64,000 bases of DNA from an uncultured Alphaproteobacteria bacterium (GTDB lineage Bacteria; Pseudomonadota; Alphaproteobacteria; RF32; CAG-239), in contig CABQIK010000007.1 of assembly GCA_902464275.1 (NCBI GenBank), positions 8,613 through 72,612 on the forward strand. The letters run 5' to 3'. A program made the position numbers and the translations under genes. Within the stretch, counting starts at the first letter, position 1; each line of letters begins with the position of its first letter. Positions 1 through 8,922 of the stretch are shown in pieces. The notes below the pieces were generated by a model, which made no database searches, was not told where the DNA came from, and saw nothing but the letters and a program-made list of their open reading frames with translations.

Positions 1-651
1 GCTGAAAAAATGGCGGAGCTTAAAACCACATTCGGCGTAAATGAAGGCGATGCGATTGTCTTTATGGGCGGCGGTGAAAAAGTATTAAACAAATTTGCCG
101 GCAAAGTACGTAACAAAATGGGCGAAGAATTAGGCCTGTTTGATTACAACTCATTCAAACTCTGCTGGATTGTTGATTTTCCGATGTATGAAGAAAATGA
201 CGAAACCGGCGAAATTGAATTTTCGCACAATCCGTTTTCAATGCCGCAAGGCGGTATGGACGCTTTGCAAAACAAGCACCCGCTTGAAATTTTGGCTTAT
301 CAGTATGATATGGTCTGCAACGGGGTTGAACTTGCTTCCGGCGCGGTTCGCAACCACAAGCCTGAAATTATGTACAAAGCGTTTGAAATTGCCGGTTACG
401 ACCACAGCGTGGTTGATAACAAGTTCGGCGGCATGATTAATGCCTTTAAATACGGCGCTCCTCCGCACGCCGGCGGTGCTCCCGGAATTGACCGCACGGT
501 TATGCTCTTGCTTGACGAGCCGATTATCCGCGACGTGATTATCTTTCCTCTCAACGGCAAAGCGCAAGACTTAATGATGCAGGCGCCAAACACCGTTACT
601 GAAAAACAGCTTAAAGAATTGCACATTAAGCTTGATTTAGATGAAAAATAA
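1..651 (+). CDS. aspS: aspartate--tRNA ligase, C-terminal part (5' end outside window)
   Basis: Open frame runs from position 1. Class II aaRS motif 3 ([14 protein letters not shown]) and the characteristic AspRS C-terminal region. Confidence 0.88.
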   Translation, partial: AEKMAELKTTFGVNEGDAIVFMGGGEKVLNKFAGKVRNKMGEELGLFDYNSFKLCWIVDFPMYEENDETGEIEFSHNPFSMPQGGMDALQNKHPLEILAYQYDMVCNGVELASGAVRNHKPEIMYKAFEIAGYDHSVVDNKFGGMINAFKYGAPPHAGGAPGIDRTVMLLLDEPIIRDVIIFPLNGKAQDLMMQAPNTVTEKQLKELHIKLDLDEK

Positions 652-672
652 CCATTATCAAAAACTTATAAA

Positions 673-699
673 ACCGCTCAGATGAGCGGTTTTATTTTG
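673..699 (+). terminator. rho-independent terminator after aspS
   Basis: Hairpin AACCGCTCA-GAT-GAGCGGTT followed by a T-run. Confidence 0.5.
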
Positions 700-738
700 C
701 CTTAACACCTGCCTCTAAGCAAATTCAGACAAATTAAA

Positions 739-768
739 AGGCTCTTGCCGTTAAGCAAGAGCCTTTTA
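739..768. terminator. bidirectional hairpin terminator downstream of pilin paralog 1
   Basis: AAGGCTCTTGC-cgttaa-GCAAGAGCCTT, flanked by A/T runs on both strands. Confidence 0.5.
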
Positions 769-796
769 ATTTGTGTATTAACACCAACCTGTAAGA

Positions 797-1474
797 TTAG
801 TAGTACTTCCATGCTACTACGTTGTTAGAACCGGTAGAGCTACAAGCGTTAACCGCATCGCTAACAGTCATCGGAGCTTTTTTGGTTGCTGAAACAGCGC
901 CCGGAGAAACGACACATGTGTCGGCCGCACACGCTAAGCCGGTATCACCGGTATCTGTTTTAATAGCCTTAGCTTTAGTTGCTGAATTGGCTACATCCTT
1001 ACCGGCAGCAATAGCAATCAAGCCTGATGCCTGACCGGAACCCCAGTCACCGGTTGCAATGGTAACGCAAGCTTCTGACGGCAAACCTTCATAAGTAATA
1101 ACGAAAGCTTCAGAACCGGAGTCACCCGCTGATCTTGCTTCGTCTGATTCAATAGTAACAGCGCCACCGAAAGCGTTTTTAATTGAATAGTTTGAAGCAT
1201 AGGTGTTGTTTGACGCAGCAGCATACATATCATTCGGTACAACGCCGAATTTAATAGCCTGACCATTGTTCAAACCGGCATAGTCACCTTGTGATGAGAA
1301 CAAGGTACGGAGGTTAGCAACGAGCATGGAAACCTGATCAGTAGTTTTGTTGATTTTATATTTGTTCATAGCTTTTGAATAACCGGCAATACCGCCAACC
1401 GACAAAACGCCGATAATCGCCAATACGCCGAGCATTTCAACCATGGAACGACCGTTTTCATTAATGTGTTTCAT
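797..1474 (-). CDS. type IV pilin-like protein, paralog 1 (prepilin-type N-terminal cleavage/methylation domain)
   Basis: N-terminus MKHINENG|RSMVEMLGVLAIIGVLSVGGIAGYSKAM has Gly(-1) and Glu(+5). It aligns with the PilE N-terminal helix. The C-terminal region has Cys pairs. RBS AGGGGA sits 7 nt upstream of the ATG at 1474, and the longer track ORF start is unlikely. Confidence 0.7.
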   Translation of the reverse strand: MKHINENGRSMVEMLGVLAIIGVLSVGGIAGYSKAMNKYKINKTTDQVSMLVANLRTLFSSQGDYAGLNNGQAIKFGVVPNDMYAAASNNTYASNYSIKNAFGGAVTIESDEARSAGDSGSEAFVITYEGLPSEACVTIATGDWGSGQASGLIAIAAGKDVANSATKAKAIKTDTGDTGLACAADTCVVSPGAVSATKKAPMTVSDAVNACSSTGSNNVVAWKYY

Positions 1475-1736
1475 AATATTTTCCCCTAAAAAATATTCTT
1501 GTTTACAAGTTAAACTATACTGCAATTCAGCCCCTCAAACAAGCCTATCTTTAGTCATACGTTAAAGATATATATCTTAATTAAAAGAAAGACCATACAG
1601 TACATTCACCGCAGAGCATAGCCGCATCTTTATTAAAAAAACTTTAATTTGTTTAATTTTTATCACATCACCCTTGACTTAAAGTTCAAAAGTTATACTA
1701 TCAGCCTAATTTTAATCAATAATTTTAAGGTATACC

Positions 1737-2534
1737 ATGACTTTTAAAGATTTAGGACTAAGCGAGCAAACCGTTCGCGCTATTGAAGAAATGGGCATAA
1801 AACGCCCGACCACCGTTCAAAATGATGTTATTCCCTCTGTTTTAGAAGGTAAAGACATTTTCACCATCGCCCCCGGGCGCTGCGGTAAAACCTGTTCGTA
1901 TGTTTTTCCGCTGATTGATATTATATCGCGCAGGCAAGGGCAAAACATTTTAATCATCACCGCTGATTCGGCGCAGGCGGTTAAAGTGTCTGACCGCTTG
2001 GCGGTGTTTAACAAATATCATGAGTTCAGCGAGCAGGCGTTATCTGAAAACTCCGATGATGTTAATTCTGAAGCCAATGTTATTATTGCCGCGCCTGATT
2101 TATTGCTTGAAATTGCTGCCGAAGATAAAATTGATCTCTCCGCGGTAAACATTTTGGTGGTTGATGACATTAACTTAATTAAAAAGAAGCACCAACTCGC
2201 CAGTCTTGAAAAAATTTTAGACCTATTGCCGGCTGATAAACAAAATATTGTGTTTACCAACCGCCGCTCTAAAGAAACGCAGGATATTTTGGATAAAATT
2301 TTGAAAACTCCGGCTGAAATTAAAGTTGACCGCACCAAAGAAGATGAGGCTTCCGCGCCTGAACCGGTGGGTGAAGTTAAAAAAACTTCCAAGTCGCTCA
2401 AAGAAAAATCAGGCTTTGCCGCTCCTAAAACCGATGAAGAGGCTGTCGCTTTAATGAACCGCTATAAAAATTTCGGCGCCAAAACGCCTGAATTTTTGCT
2501 CCTTAAAGGCGAACTTGCCGGCAACGAGGCATAA
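1737..2534 (+). CDS. DEAD-box helicase-like protein, N-terminal RecA-like domain only, degenerate motifs
   Basis: Q-motif-like PTTVQNDVIP, Walker A replaced by APGRCGKT, DEAD replaced by VVDDI. Only 265 aa, with no helicase C domain. Confidence 0.55.
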   Translation: MTFKDLGLSEQTVRAIEEMGIKRPTTVQNDVIPSVLEGKDIFTIAPGRCGKTCSYVFPLIDIISRRQGQNILIITADSAQAVKVSDRLAVFNKYHEFSEQALSENSDDVNSEANVIIAAPDLLLEIAAEDKIDLSAVNILVVDDINLIKKKHQLASLEKILDLLPADKQNIVFTNRRSKETQDILDKILKTPAEIKVDRTKEDEASAPEPVGEVKKTSKSLKEKSGFAAPKTDEEAVALMNRYKNFGAKTPEFLLLKGELAGNEA

Positions 2535-2628
2535 AAAATTTGCAAATTTTTAAAAAAAATATTGCCTGAAAACGCGGCTTGCGTTATAAGCACTTTACAA
2601 TTAGTTATGAAGATTAAAGGAGATAATA

Positions 2629-3384
2629 ATGTCCGGACATTCCCAATTTAAAAACATTATGTACCGCAAAGGCGCGCAAGATGCCAAAAAAGCCCGCGTT
2701 TTTGCCAAACTTGCTCGTGAAATTACCGTTGCCGCCAAAAGCGGCTTGCCCGAGCCTGATAAAAACCCGCGTTTAAGATTAGCCATTCAGGCTGCCCGCG
2801 CTGAAAGTATGCCTAAAGATAACATTGAACGCGCTATTGCCAAAGCTACTCAAACCGCAGGCGGCGCAGATTTTGTTACCATGCGTTATGAAGGTTTTGC
2901 CCCCAATAAAGCCGCGGTCATTGTTGAAGCTTTAACCGATAACAAAAACCGCACTGCCGGCAACGTCCGCACCATTTTCGGCAAACGCGGCGGCGCCATG
3001 GGTGAGAGCGGTTCCGTTACTTTTAACTTTGAGCGCATCGGTCATATTCAGTATCCTGCCTCAGCCGCTGAAGCCGACAAAATGTTTGAAGCCGCTCTTG
3101 AAGCCGGCGCCAACGATGTTGTTTCAGATGACGAATATCATGAAATTGAAACCTTACCTGATGATTTGGCGATTGTTACCGAAGCTCTTGAAAAACAATT
3201 CGGCACTCCGTCCGTTTCGCGTCTTGATTGGAAACCGACCGTTAAATCTGAAATTAACGATGCCGAAACCGCTCAAAAGTTTTTAGACTTTATTGACGCT
3301 TTAGAAGAAGATGACGATGTTCAACACGTTTACCACAACGCTGAAATCGCCGATTCGGTTTTGGCAGAACTTGCAAAAGAGTAA
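2629..3384 (+). CDS. yebC: YebC/PmpR family DNA-binding transcriptional regulator
   Basis: N-terminus MSGHSQFKNIMYRKGAQDAKKARVF is typical of YebC/TACO1. Conserved yebC-ruvC synteny. Confidence 0.9.
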   Translation: MSGHSQFKNIMYRKGAQDAKKARVFAKLAREITVAAKSGLPEPDKNPRLRLAIQAARAESMPKDNIERAIAKATQTAGGADFVTMRYEGFAPNKAAVIVEALTDNKNRTAGNVRTIFGKRGGAMGESGSVTFNFERIGHIQYPASAAEADKMFEAALEAGANDVVSDDEYHEIETLPDDLAIVTEALEKQFGTPSVSRLDWKPTVKSEINDAETAQKFLDFIDALEEDDDVQHVYHNAEIADSVLAELAKE

Positions 3385-3390
3385 TAAGTT

Positions 3391-3873
3391 TTGGTAAAAA
3401 TTTTAGGTCTTGACCCCAGTCTTTCTTCTACCGGTTGGGGAGTTATTGAAACGGAAAACAACCGTCTGCGTTACATCGCGGACGGTTTTATTCCGACTGA
3501 CCCCAAACTGCCGATTGAACAACGTCTTGACTGCTTGTATCGCGCTATTTGCCGGGTTATTGAAACATACAAGCCTGATGAAGCCTCCATTGAGGTTATT
3601 TTCTTAAACTCTAACCCTAACTCCACCATCAAATTAAGCATGGCGCGCGGTGTGGTGGTGCTCGCTCCCGGAACTTATAACATTCCGCTTTACGAGTATG
3701 AGCCGAACAAAGTTAAAAAAGCCACGGTCGGCGTAGGTAAAGCCGCCAAAGACCAGGTTGAAACCATGGTCAAAATTTTGCTCCCCGGTTGCAAACCCCA
3801 AAACAACGATTCGTCTGACGCTTTGGCAATTGCCATTACTCACGCGCACTTTCGCAATTCGCCCAAAATTTAA
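3391..3873 (+). CDS. ruvC: crossover junction endodeoxyribonuclease RuvC (TTG start)
   Basis: ILGLDPSLSSTGWGVIE catalytic N-terminus. 160 aa. Follows yebC. Confidence 0.9.
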   Translation: MVKILGLDPSLSSTGWGVIETENNRLRYIADGFIPTDPKLPIEQRLDCLYRAICRVIETYKPDEASIEVIFLNSNPNSTIKLSMARGVVVLAPGTYNIPLYEYEPNKVKKATVGVGKAAKDQVETMVKILLPGCKPQNNDSSDALAIAITHAHFRNSPKI

Positions 3874-4802
3874 TTTGTCGGCTTAAAATAACGCCTTTTG
3901 GCGTTTTCGCCTTGTTTTAATCGCCAATATTTTCTAAATTCGCACAAGCTGTTTTGCACATCGTGCAAACATAAATACTTGCCGCCGCAATACGATTCGC
4001 TTTGCCATCTGACCTCGTTCCAATCTTTGTCGGTCGTTTGTTTAAGCTCTGCAAACGCCTGCGGTTGCATTTGCCACAATTTGCGACATTCCGCATCTGC
4101 CTCTTTTTTATTAAGCACGCGCCCGCAAATTATGTTAAGTCCCCAATGCGCCCCCGGACCCACAATTAAAAAATCATTCGCGGTATACGGCACAATATTT
4201 TGAGCATAAGTTGCGTCAAGCAAAATCTGCCCTGCCAAAAACGGCCCCGCTGACGAAACGGCCTCAGCAATAATCTTCAGCCCCTCTTGCGGCGCCGATT
4301 CGCGCAAATTTTTGATTATATCTTCAAGCTTAAAACGCAAATCATTCAGCATCAGCAAAATCTGCACATGCTTATCTTGCGGACGATAATCAGGGTTATA
4401 CGCATGCGCCGTAATTAAATATGCGTTTGAAAAAATGTTGCCTTCTTGTTTTTTGGCGTCAAAACGCTTTTCCAAGGTTTTAAAGTCAAAATTTTGCTCT
4501 GAAAGCAGCCCTCCGAACAAATTTTCAATTGTGTCACGCCGATTAAAAAAGCGGTACGCAATAATATTAAACAACTTTTGCTCCGCCGGCAGCGGCTGCG
4601 CCAAATATTTACCGATGGCAATCGTTCCGCCGTCAAGCTCGCGATACACATTGCAAAATCTGAAATTTTGCAAAACTTCATCATCAGTCCATGGCGCCGG
4701 CAACCCTAAAGCCGTGCGCTTATGCCAAACCGCCTGCCGGTCATATACAAACTCAAAAAATGCCGCGGTCATTTTATCCATTATTCGTCCCCGCCAAGCC
4801 AA
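3870..4802 (-). CDS. conserved hypothetical protein (possible nucleotide/DNA-base modification-like family, unverified)
   Basis: 310-aa ORF with a FRFCNVYRELD motif. It lies between ruvC and recX. No confident family assignment from sequence alone. Confidence 0.55.
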   Translation of the reverse strand: MAWRGRIMDKMTAAFFEFVYDRQAVWHKRTALGLPAPWTDDEVLQNFRFCNVYRELDGGTIAIGKYLAQPLPAEQKLFNIIAYRFFNRRDTIENLFGGLLSEQNFDFKTLEKRFDAKKQEGNIFSNAYLITAHAYNPDYRPQDKHVQILLMLNDLRFKLEDIIKNLRESAPQEGLKIIAEAVSSAGPFLAGQILLDATYAQNIVPYTANDFLIVGPGAHWGLNIICGRVLNKKEADAECRKLWQMQPQAFAELKQTTDKDWNEVRWQSESYCGGKYLCLHDVQNSLCEFRKYWRLKQGENAKRRYFKPTN

Positions 4803-5338
4803 TCTTGCCCCAAAACCTCAGTAACAACTTCATAATCAAAACCGGCGCGGATTAAAGTGCCCATGTCTTTTTGCCGGTTAAGTTTGCGGCTTTCTTCATC
4901 AGGGCGGAACGGACCGATTTTTTTCTTTTTGGCCAGTTTAAGCGCCATTTCTTTAGAGTCATACTCCTGCCGACTTAAAACCTCGTCAATCGTGTTTTCA
5001 TCAACCCCTTTTTGTTTAAGCTTGTTTTTAATGTAGCGCTCCGGCTTTCCGGCATTTAAATAATCGCGCACTTTAAGCGAGGTATAACGCTCATCGTCAA
5101 TATATTTCCAACCGGTAAAATCGCTTAAAATTTCTTCTATCCAACCGTATGCCTCCGCTTTGTTAAAATCAGGGGTCTGATACGCATAATCATTCACCCG
5201 CCGCCGCAGCACCTGCCTTAAATTATCCTCTGACGACTCAAAGCGCTTTAAGTAATATAAACCTATGTTTTTAAGCCTTTGCTTGGTAATTTTGCGCAAT
5301 GCTTTCGGTTTGCGAGGCTGTTCTTCAAAATCTGACAC
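4781..5338 (-). CDS. recX: RecX-like regulatory protein
   Basis: 185 aa, basic, with repeated three-helix-like segments (LRQVLRRRVNDYAY...) typical of RecX. Confidence 0.6.
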   Translation of the reverse strand: MSDFEEQPRKPKALRKITKQRLKNIGLYYLKRFESSEDNLRQVLRRRVNDYAYQTPDFNKAEAYGWIEEILSDFTGWKYIDDERYTSLKVRDYLNAGKPERYIKNKLKQKGVDENTIDEVLSRQEYDSKEMALKLAKKKKIGPFRPDEESRKLNRQKDMGTLIRAGFDYEVVTEVLGQDWLGGDE

Positions 5339-5405
5339 TTGAAAACTCTTTCATTTTACACTAGATTACAACATAACTGAAAGTATAATACAAAGGATTA
5401 ACAAA

Positions 5406-6332
5406 TTGACCAATAAAAATTTTGACACTTGTGTATCTTTTTACACCAACAACGGCGCTTTTATGGGGCGGGTTGTTCGCTTGAACGATGTTTTGCAAAC
5501 CATTTTGGGCAAGCATAATTACCCGCAAGATGTTTCGTCCGCTTTGGCCGAAACTACCGCTTTGTCGGTTTTGCTTGCCGACGCCTTAAAATATAACGGA
5601 TTGTTTACCTTGCAAATTCAGGGCAACGGACCGGTTTCGGTTTTGGTTGCCGATGTTACCTCTGAAGGCAAAATCCGCGCTTGCGCCAAATTTGACGAGC
5701 AAAAATTGGCTGAAGCCAAAAAACTCCGCAAAACCGGCGATATAATTGAAGAGCTTCCGCACCTTGTCGGCGGCGGTTATATGGCGTTTACCATTGACCA
5801 AGGACCTGAAACCGAAACTTATCAGGGCGTGGTTGACCTGCAAGGAAAAACCTTAACCGAACTCGCTTTGCGCTATTTTAAGCAGTCAGAACAAATTGAC
5901 ACTATCTTAAAACTTTTTGTAAAACACCCTGAAGGCGAAAGTCAAAGTTGGCAAGCCGCCGGAATTTTAATGCAAAAAGTTCCGCTTAAAGGCGGCAACG
6001 AGCAAACTCTTGATGAAGAGGCCGTTAAAGAACTTTGGAATGAGGCGGAAGTTTTTGTCGGCAGCTTAACCGATGATGAGATGTTTAACGCCGATTTATC
6101 AACGCCGGAAATTTTACACCGCCTGTTCCACAGCAGCAACCTGCAAATCGGGCGTGAAAAAGCCTATTCTTTCGGGTGCCGCTGTAGCCGCGAAAAACTC
6201 TTGAGCACATTAAGCGCCTTTAAGCCGGAAGAAATTAACGCCATGGCTGAAGATGACGGCAAAATCACCGCGACCTGCAGTTTTTGCTCCGAAAAATACG
6301 TTTTTGATAAAAACGAATTGCTAAAACACTAA
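5406..6332 (+). CDS. hslO: Hsp33 redox-regulated chaperone
   Basis: C-terminal zinc centre CRCSREK...CSFCSEKY (CxC...CxxC) and Hsp33 length. Confidence 0.85.
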   Translation: MTNKNFDTCVSFYTNNGAFMGRVVRLNDVLQTILGKHNYPQDVSSALAETTALSVLLADALKYNGLFTLQIQGNGPVSVLVADVTSEGKIRACAKFDEQKLAEAKKLRKTGDIIEELPHLVGGGYMAFTIDQGPETETYQGVVDLQGKTLTELALRYFKQSEQIDTILKLFVKHPEGESQSWQAAGILMQKVPLKGGNEQTLDEEAVKELWNEAEVFVGSLTDDEMFNADLSTPEILHRLFHSSNLQIGREKAYSFGCRCSREKLLSTLSAFKPEEINAMAEDDGKITATCSFCSEKYVFDKNELLKH

Positions 6333-6424
6333 TTAAGTGCTTGCATAAGCGCAAATTTTGTATTAAATAAAGTTTATCTTAACTTAAAGACAAACTTTTT
6401 AGCTAAAAACAACGGATTAGAAAA

Positions 6425-7033
6425 ATGAACAGATTACATAAAATTTTTGCGGCAGCCGCCGTTTTATTAATCAGCGCCTGCGCCGGTCAAGCCGATGTTG
6501 CCGAACCGCGCCGCTTTACCGAGCCCCGCTTTGACAGCAAACCCAAAATTGAACTTCAGGTTGGCAAAATTGACGTTATTTCTGAATTTACCCCGTCTTT
6601 TACCCGCCCGAATGTTGAGCATCTGTTCCCGATTTCTATTGAAAAAACCGCCCGAATTTGGGCTCATGACCGCTTAGAAGCGGCCGATTTTTCATCTAAC
6701 CGTGTGGCTGAATTTATAATCAAAGACGCCAGCGTTACCGAAACTGAAGAAAAAGCCCCGCAACTGTTTTACAAAGATAACTTAAAATACCGCGCAACTT
6801 TGTCGGTAGTGTTAAAAATCAGTTCCGCCAACGGGCAATCGCAAGCGCAAACTTCTATTGAAGCATGGCGCGAGCTTACCATGCCGATTGACACTAGCAT
6901 TGAAGATAAAGAAAAATACTGGAACGAAATGGTTTATAAGCTCTTTGACGAATTTAACATGCGTATGGAACAAAACATTCACCAATACTTAAATATGTAT
7001 GTTAAAAACAACAATAACATTACCGAATACTAA
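6425..7033 (+). CDS. lipoprotein, function unknown
   Basis: Signal peptide with lipobox LLISAC. 202 aa. Confidence 0.55.
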   Translation: MNRLHKIFAAAAVLLISACAGQADVAEPRRFTEPRFDSKPKIELQVGKIDVISEFTPSFTRPNVEHLFPISIEKTARIWAHDRLEAADFSSNRVAEFIIKDASVTETEEKAPQLFYKDNLKYRATLSVVLKISSANGQSQAQTSIEAWRELTMPIDTSIEDKEKYWNEMVYKLFDEFNMRMEQNIHQYLNMYVKNNNNITEY

Positions 7034-7039
7034 AATTTA

Positions 7040-7064
7040 AGCTCCCGTTCGGGAGCTTTTTTAA
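7040..7064 (+). terminator. rho-independent terminator
   Basis: GCTCCCG-TTC-GGGAGC followed by TTTTTT. Confidence 0.6.
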
Positions 7065-7112
7065 TGCCCGCTTTAACCCTAATTTAAACGATTCGGTGTT
7101 TTAATTTGTTTT

Positions 7113-8393
7113 ATGATAAGCAAATTAAAAAACATATATAAAATTTACTTCAACCGCAAAATGGCGGCTTTAACCGCTTTGGGTTTTGCCAGCGGTTTTC
7201 CGTTTTTGTTAGTGTTCAGCACTTTAAGTTTATGGCTTAAAGAAGCCGGTTGGACTTATGCCGCTATCGGCGCTTTTTCGCTTGTAAAAATTCCGTATGC
7301 TTTTAAGTGGGTGTGGTCGCCTTTGCTTGATAATATCAAACTTCCGTTGCTTTGGCGCTTAGGGCGCCGCCGCAGTTGGGGGCTTTTAATGCAAATTTTG
7401 CTGTTTTTGGCTGTTATGGCCATGAGCGCCGTCAATCCCGAATATCAGCACCGCTTAATTTGGATTTGCGCGGCGGCGGTTTGCTTTTCATCAGCCTCGC
7501 TTGATATTATTCTTGACGCCTATCGGGTTGAAACATTTAAAGACACTCCCAACGAACAAGCATCAGGAGCGGCGGTGTTTGTTTTGGGTTATCGCATCGG
7601 CTTAATTTTTTCCGGCGCCGGCGCATTGTGGCTAGCCACCGTAATGAGTTGGAACAATGTGTATATGATTATGGCATCAGGTTCAATTATCGGCTTTATC
7701 ACCTTATTGCTGATTAAAGAACCGAACACCGGATTTAAATATGCCGCCGCTTCACACAAGCCGATTCGCACTCGCGTAACCGAATTTTTAACCCATTCGG
7801 TTAAAGCTCCGCTCCAAGATTTTACCAAACACAGCCATTGGCCGCTGATTATCTTTTTGATTTTTATTTACCGCATGAGCGACGCATATTTTGCCCCGAT
7901 GTCATTTCCGTTTTATGACGATATGGGATTCAGCAAAGCCGAAATTGCCTATGTTATCAAAATTTACGGCATGGCGGCAACCATTGCCGGCGGACTTTTC
8001 GGCGGAGTGCTGCTCAAAAAAATCGGACTGTTTAAGGGCTTATATTTGTGCGGATTTATTCAGGGCTTAACCACCCTGTTGTTCAGCTTGCAAGCTCTTG
8101 CCGGTCATAATGTGCCACTCTTGACCGTGGTCATCACGCTTGAAAACTTTTCATCGGGTATGGCAACCACCGCTTTTGTTGCCTACATCTCGTCATTATG
8201 CAACGTTCTGTACACCGCCACCCAATACGCGCTACTTTCATCGCTGATGAGTCTGGCGCGCGATGTGTTCTCAGCCACCAGCGGACTGTTGGCGCAACTG
8301 GTTTCATGGCCGATATTTTTTATAGTTGCCGCCGCATTCAGCATTCCCGGAATTATTGCGGTAAAATACCTTTCCAAACACCAAACAAGTTAA
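7113..8393 (+). CDS. ampG: AmpG family muropeptide MFS transporter
   Basis: 12-TM MFS protein. N-terminal LGFASGFPFLL...LVKIPYAFKWVWSPLLD matches the AmpG/PAT signature. Confidence 0.8.
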   Translation: MISKLKNIYKIYFNRKMAALTALGFASGFPFLLVFSTLSLWLKEAGWTYAAIGAFSLVKIPYAFKWVWSPLLDNIKLPLLWRLGRRRSWGLLMQILLFLAVMAMSAVNPEYQHRLIWICAAAVCFSSASLDIILDAYRVETFKDTPNEQASGAAVFVLGYRIGLIFSGAGALWLATVMSWNNVYMIMASGSIIGFITLLLIKEPNTGFKYAAASHKPIRTRVTEFLTHSVKAPLQDFTKHSHWPLIIFLIFIYRMSDAYFAPMSFPFYDDMGFSKAEIAYVIKIYGMAATIAGGLFGGVLLKKIGLFKGLYLCGFIQGLTTLLFSLQALAGHNVPLLTVVITLENFSSGMATTAFVAYISSLCNVLYTATQYALLSSLMSLARDVFSATSGLLAQLVSWPIFFIVAAAFSIPGIIAVKYLSKHQTS

Positions 8394-8433
8394 CCGCCAT
8401 ACTATTTCCGCCCTTCAGTCAGGGTGGTTTAAA

Positions 8434-8922
8434 TTAAGCTGTACCTGCGGACAGCGCAACCAAAATTTGCTCCAACACCTCTTGCGCCGGTTTATCAAAA
8501 TCAACGCATACGCTGTTATCATTGCGCAAACAGCAAGTCTTGTTTTTAACGTCATATAAGCAAAAAGGCGTGGTAAAATGCTCGCCGTATAAAACCGAAT
8601 CATCAATATGAAAATTTATGCCGTGCTGTTCGCAATATTCCGCTTTGGCCGCGTTCCACAACTTGTCATCAACCTTAAACGACCCATCCGGCAAATAAGT
8701 CAGTTGCTTGTTTTTATCAAAATAATCCGCGAGCGACCAAATATGTGAGTACGGAATTTGGTGTTGCCGCAAAAAATCGGTAATATCTTTTTCAAACCCG
8801 CCGCTTAAAATATAAATTTGTATTCCCCGCGCCAGTGCCAGAGTGTTAAAATCTTTAAAAAACTCCGGATTCGCAGTTATCACCCCATGATAATCAATGC
8901 CGATTTTTAAATCTGTCGCCAT
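8434..8922 (-). CDS. hypothetical protein (possible HAD-like fold)
   Basis: 162-aa ORF whose stop abuts the asmA-like start. IGIDYHGVI N-terminus. Confidence 0.4.
   Translation of the reverse strand: MATDLKIGIDYHGVITANPEFFKDFNTLALARGIQIYILSGGFEKDITDFLRQHQIPYSHIWSLADYFDKNKQLTYLPDGSFKVDDKLWNAAKAEYCEQHGINFHIDDSVLYGEHFTTPFCLYDVKNKTCCLRNDNSVCVDFDKPAQEVLEQILVALSAGTA

Noticed and set aside
797-1525. Longer 242-aa version of pilin paralog 1 starting MQYSLTCKQE…
   Set aside because: The extension has no SD and would bury the prepilin leader. The internal ATG at 1474 has an AGGGGA RBS and gives a canonical short class III leader.
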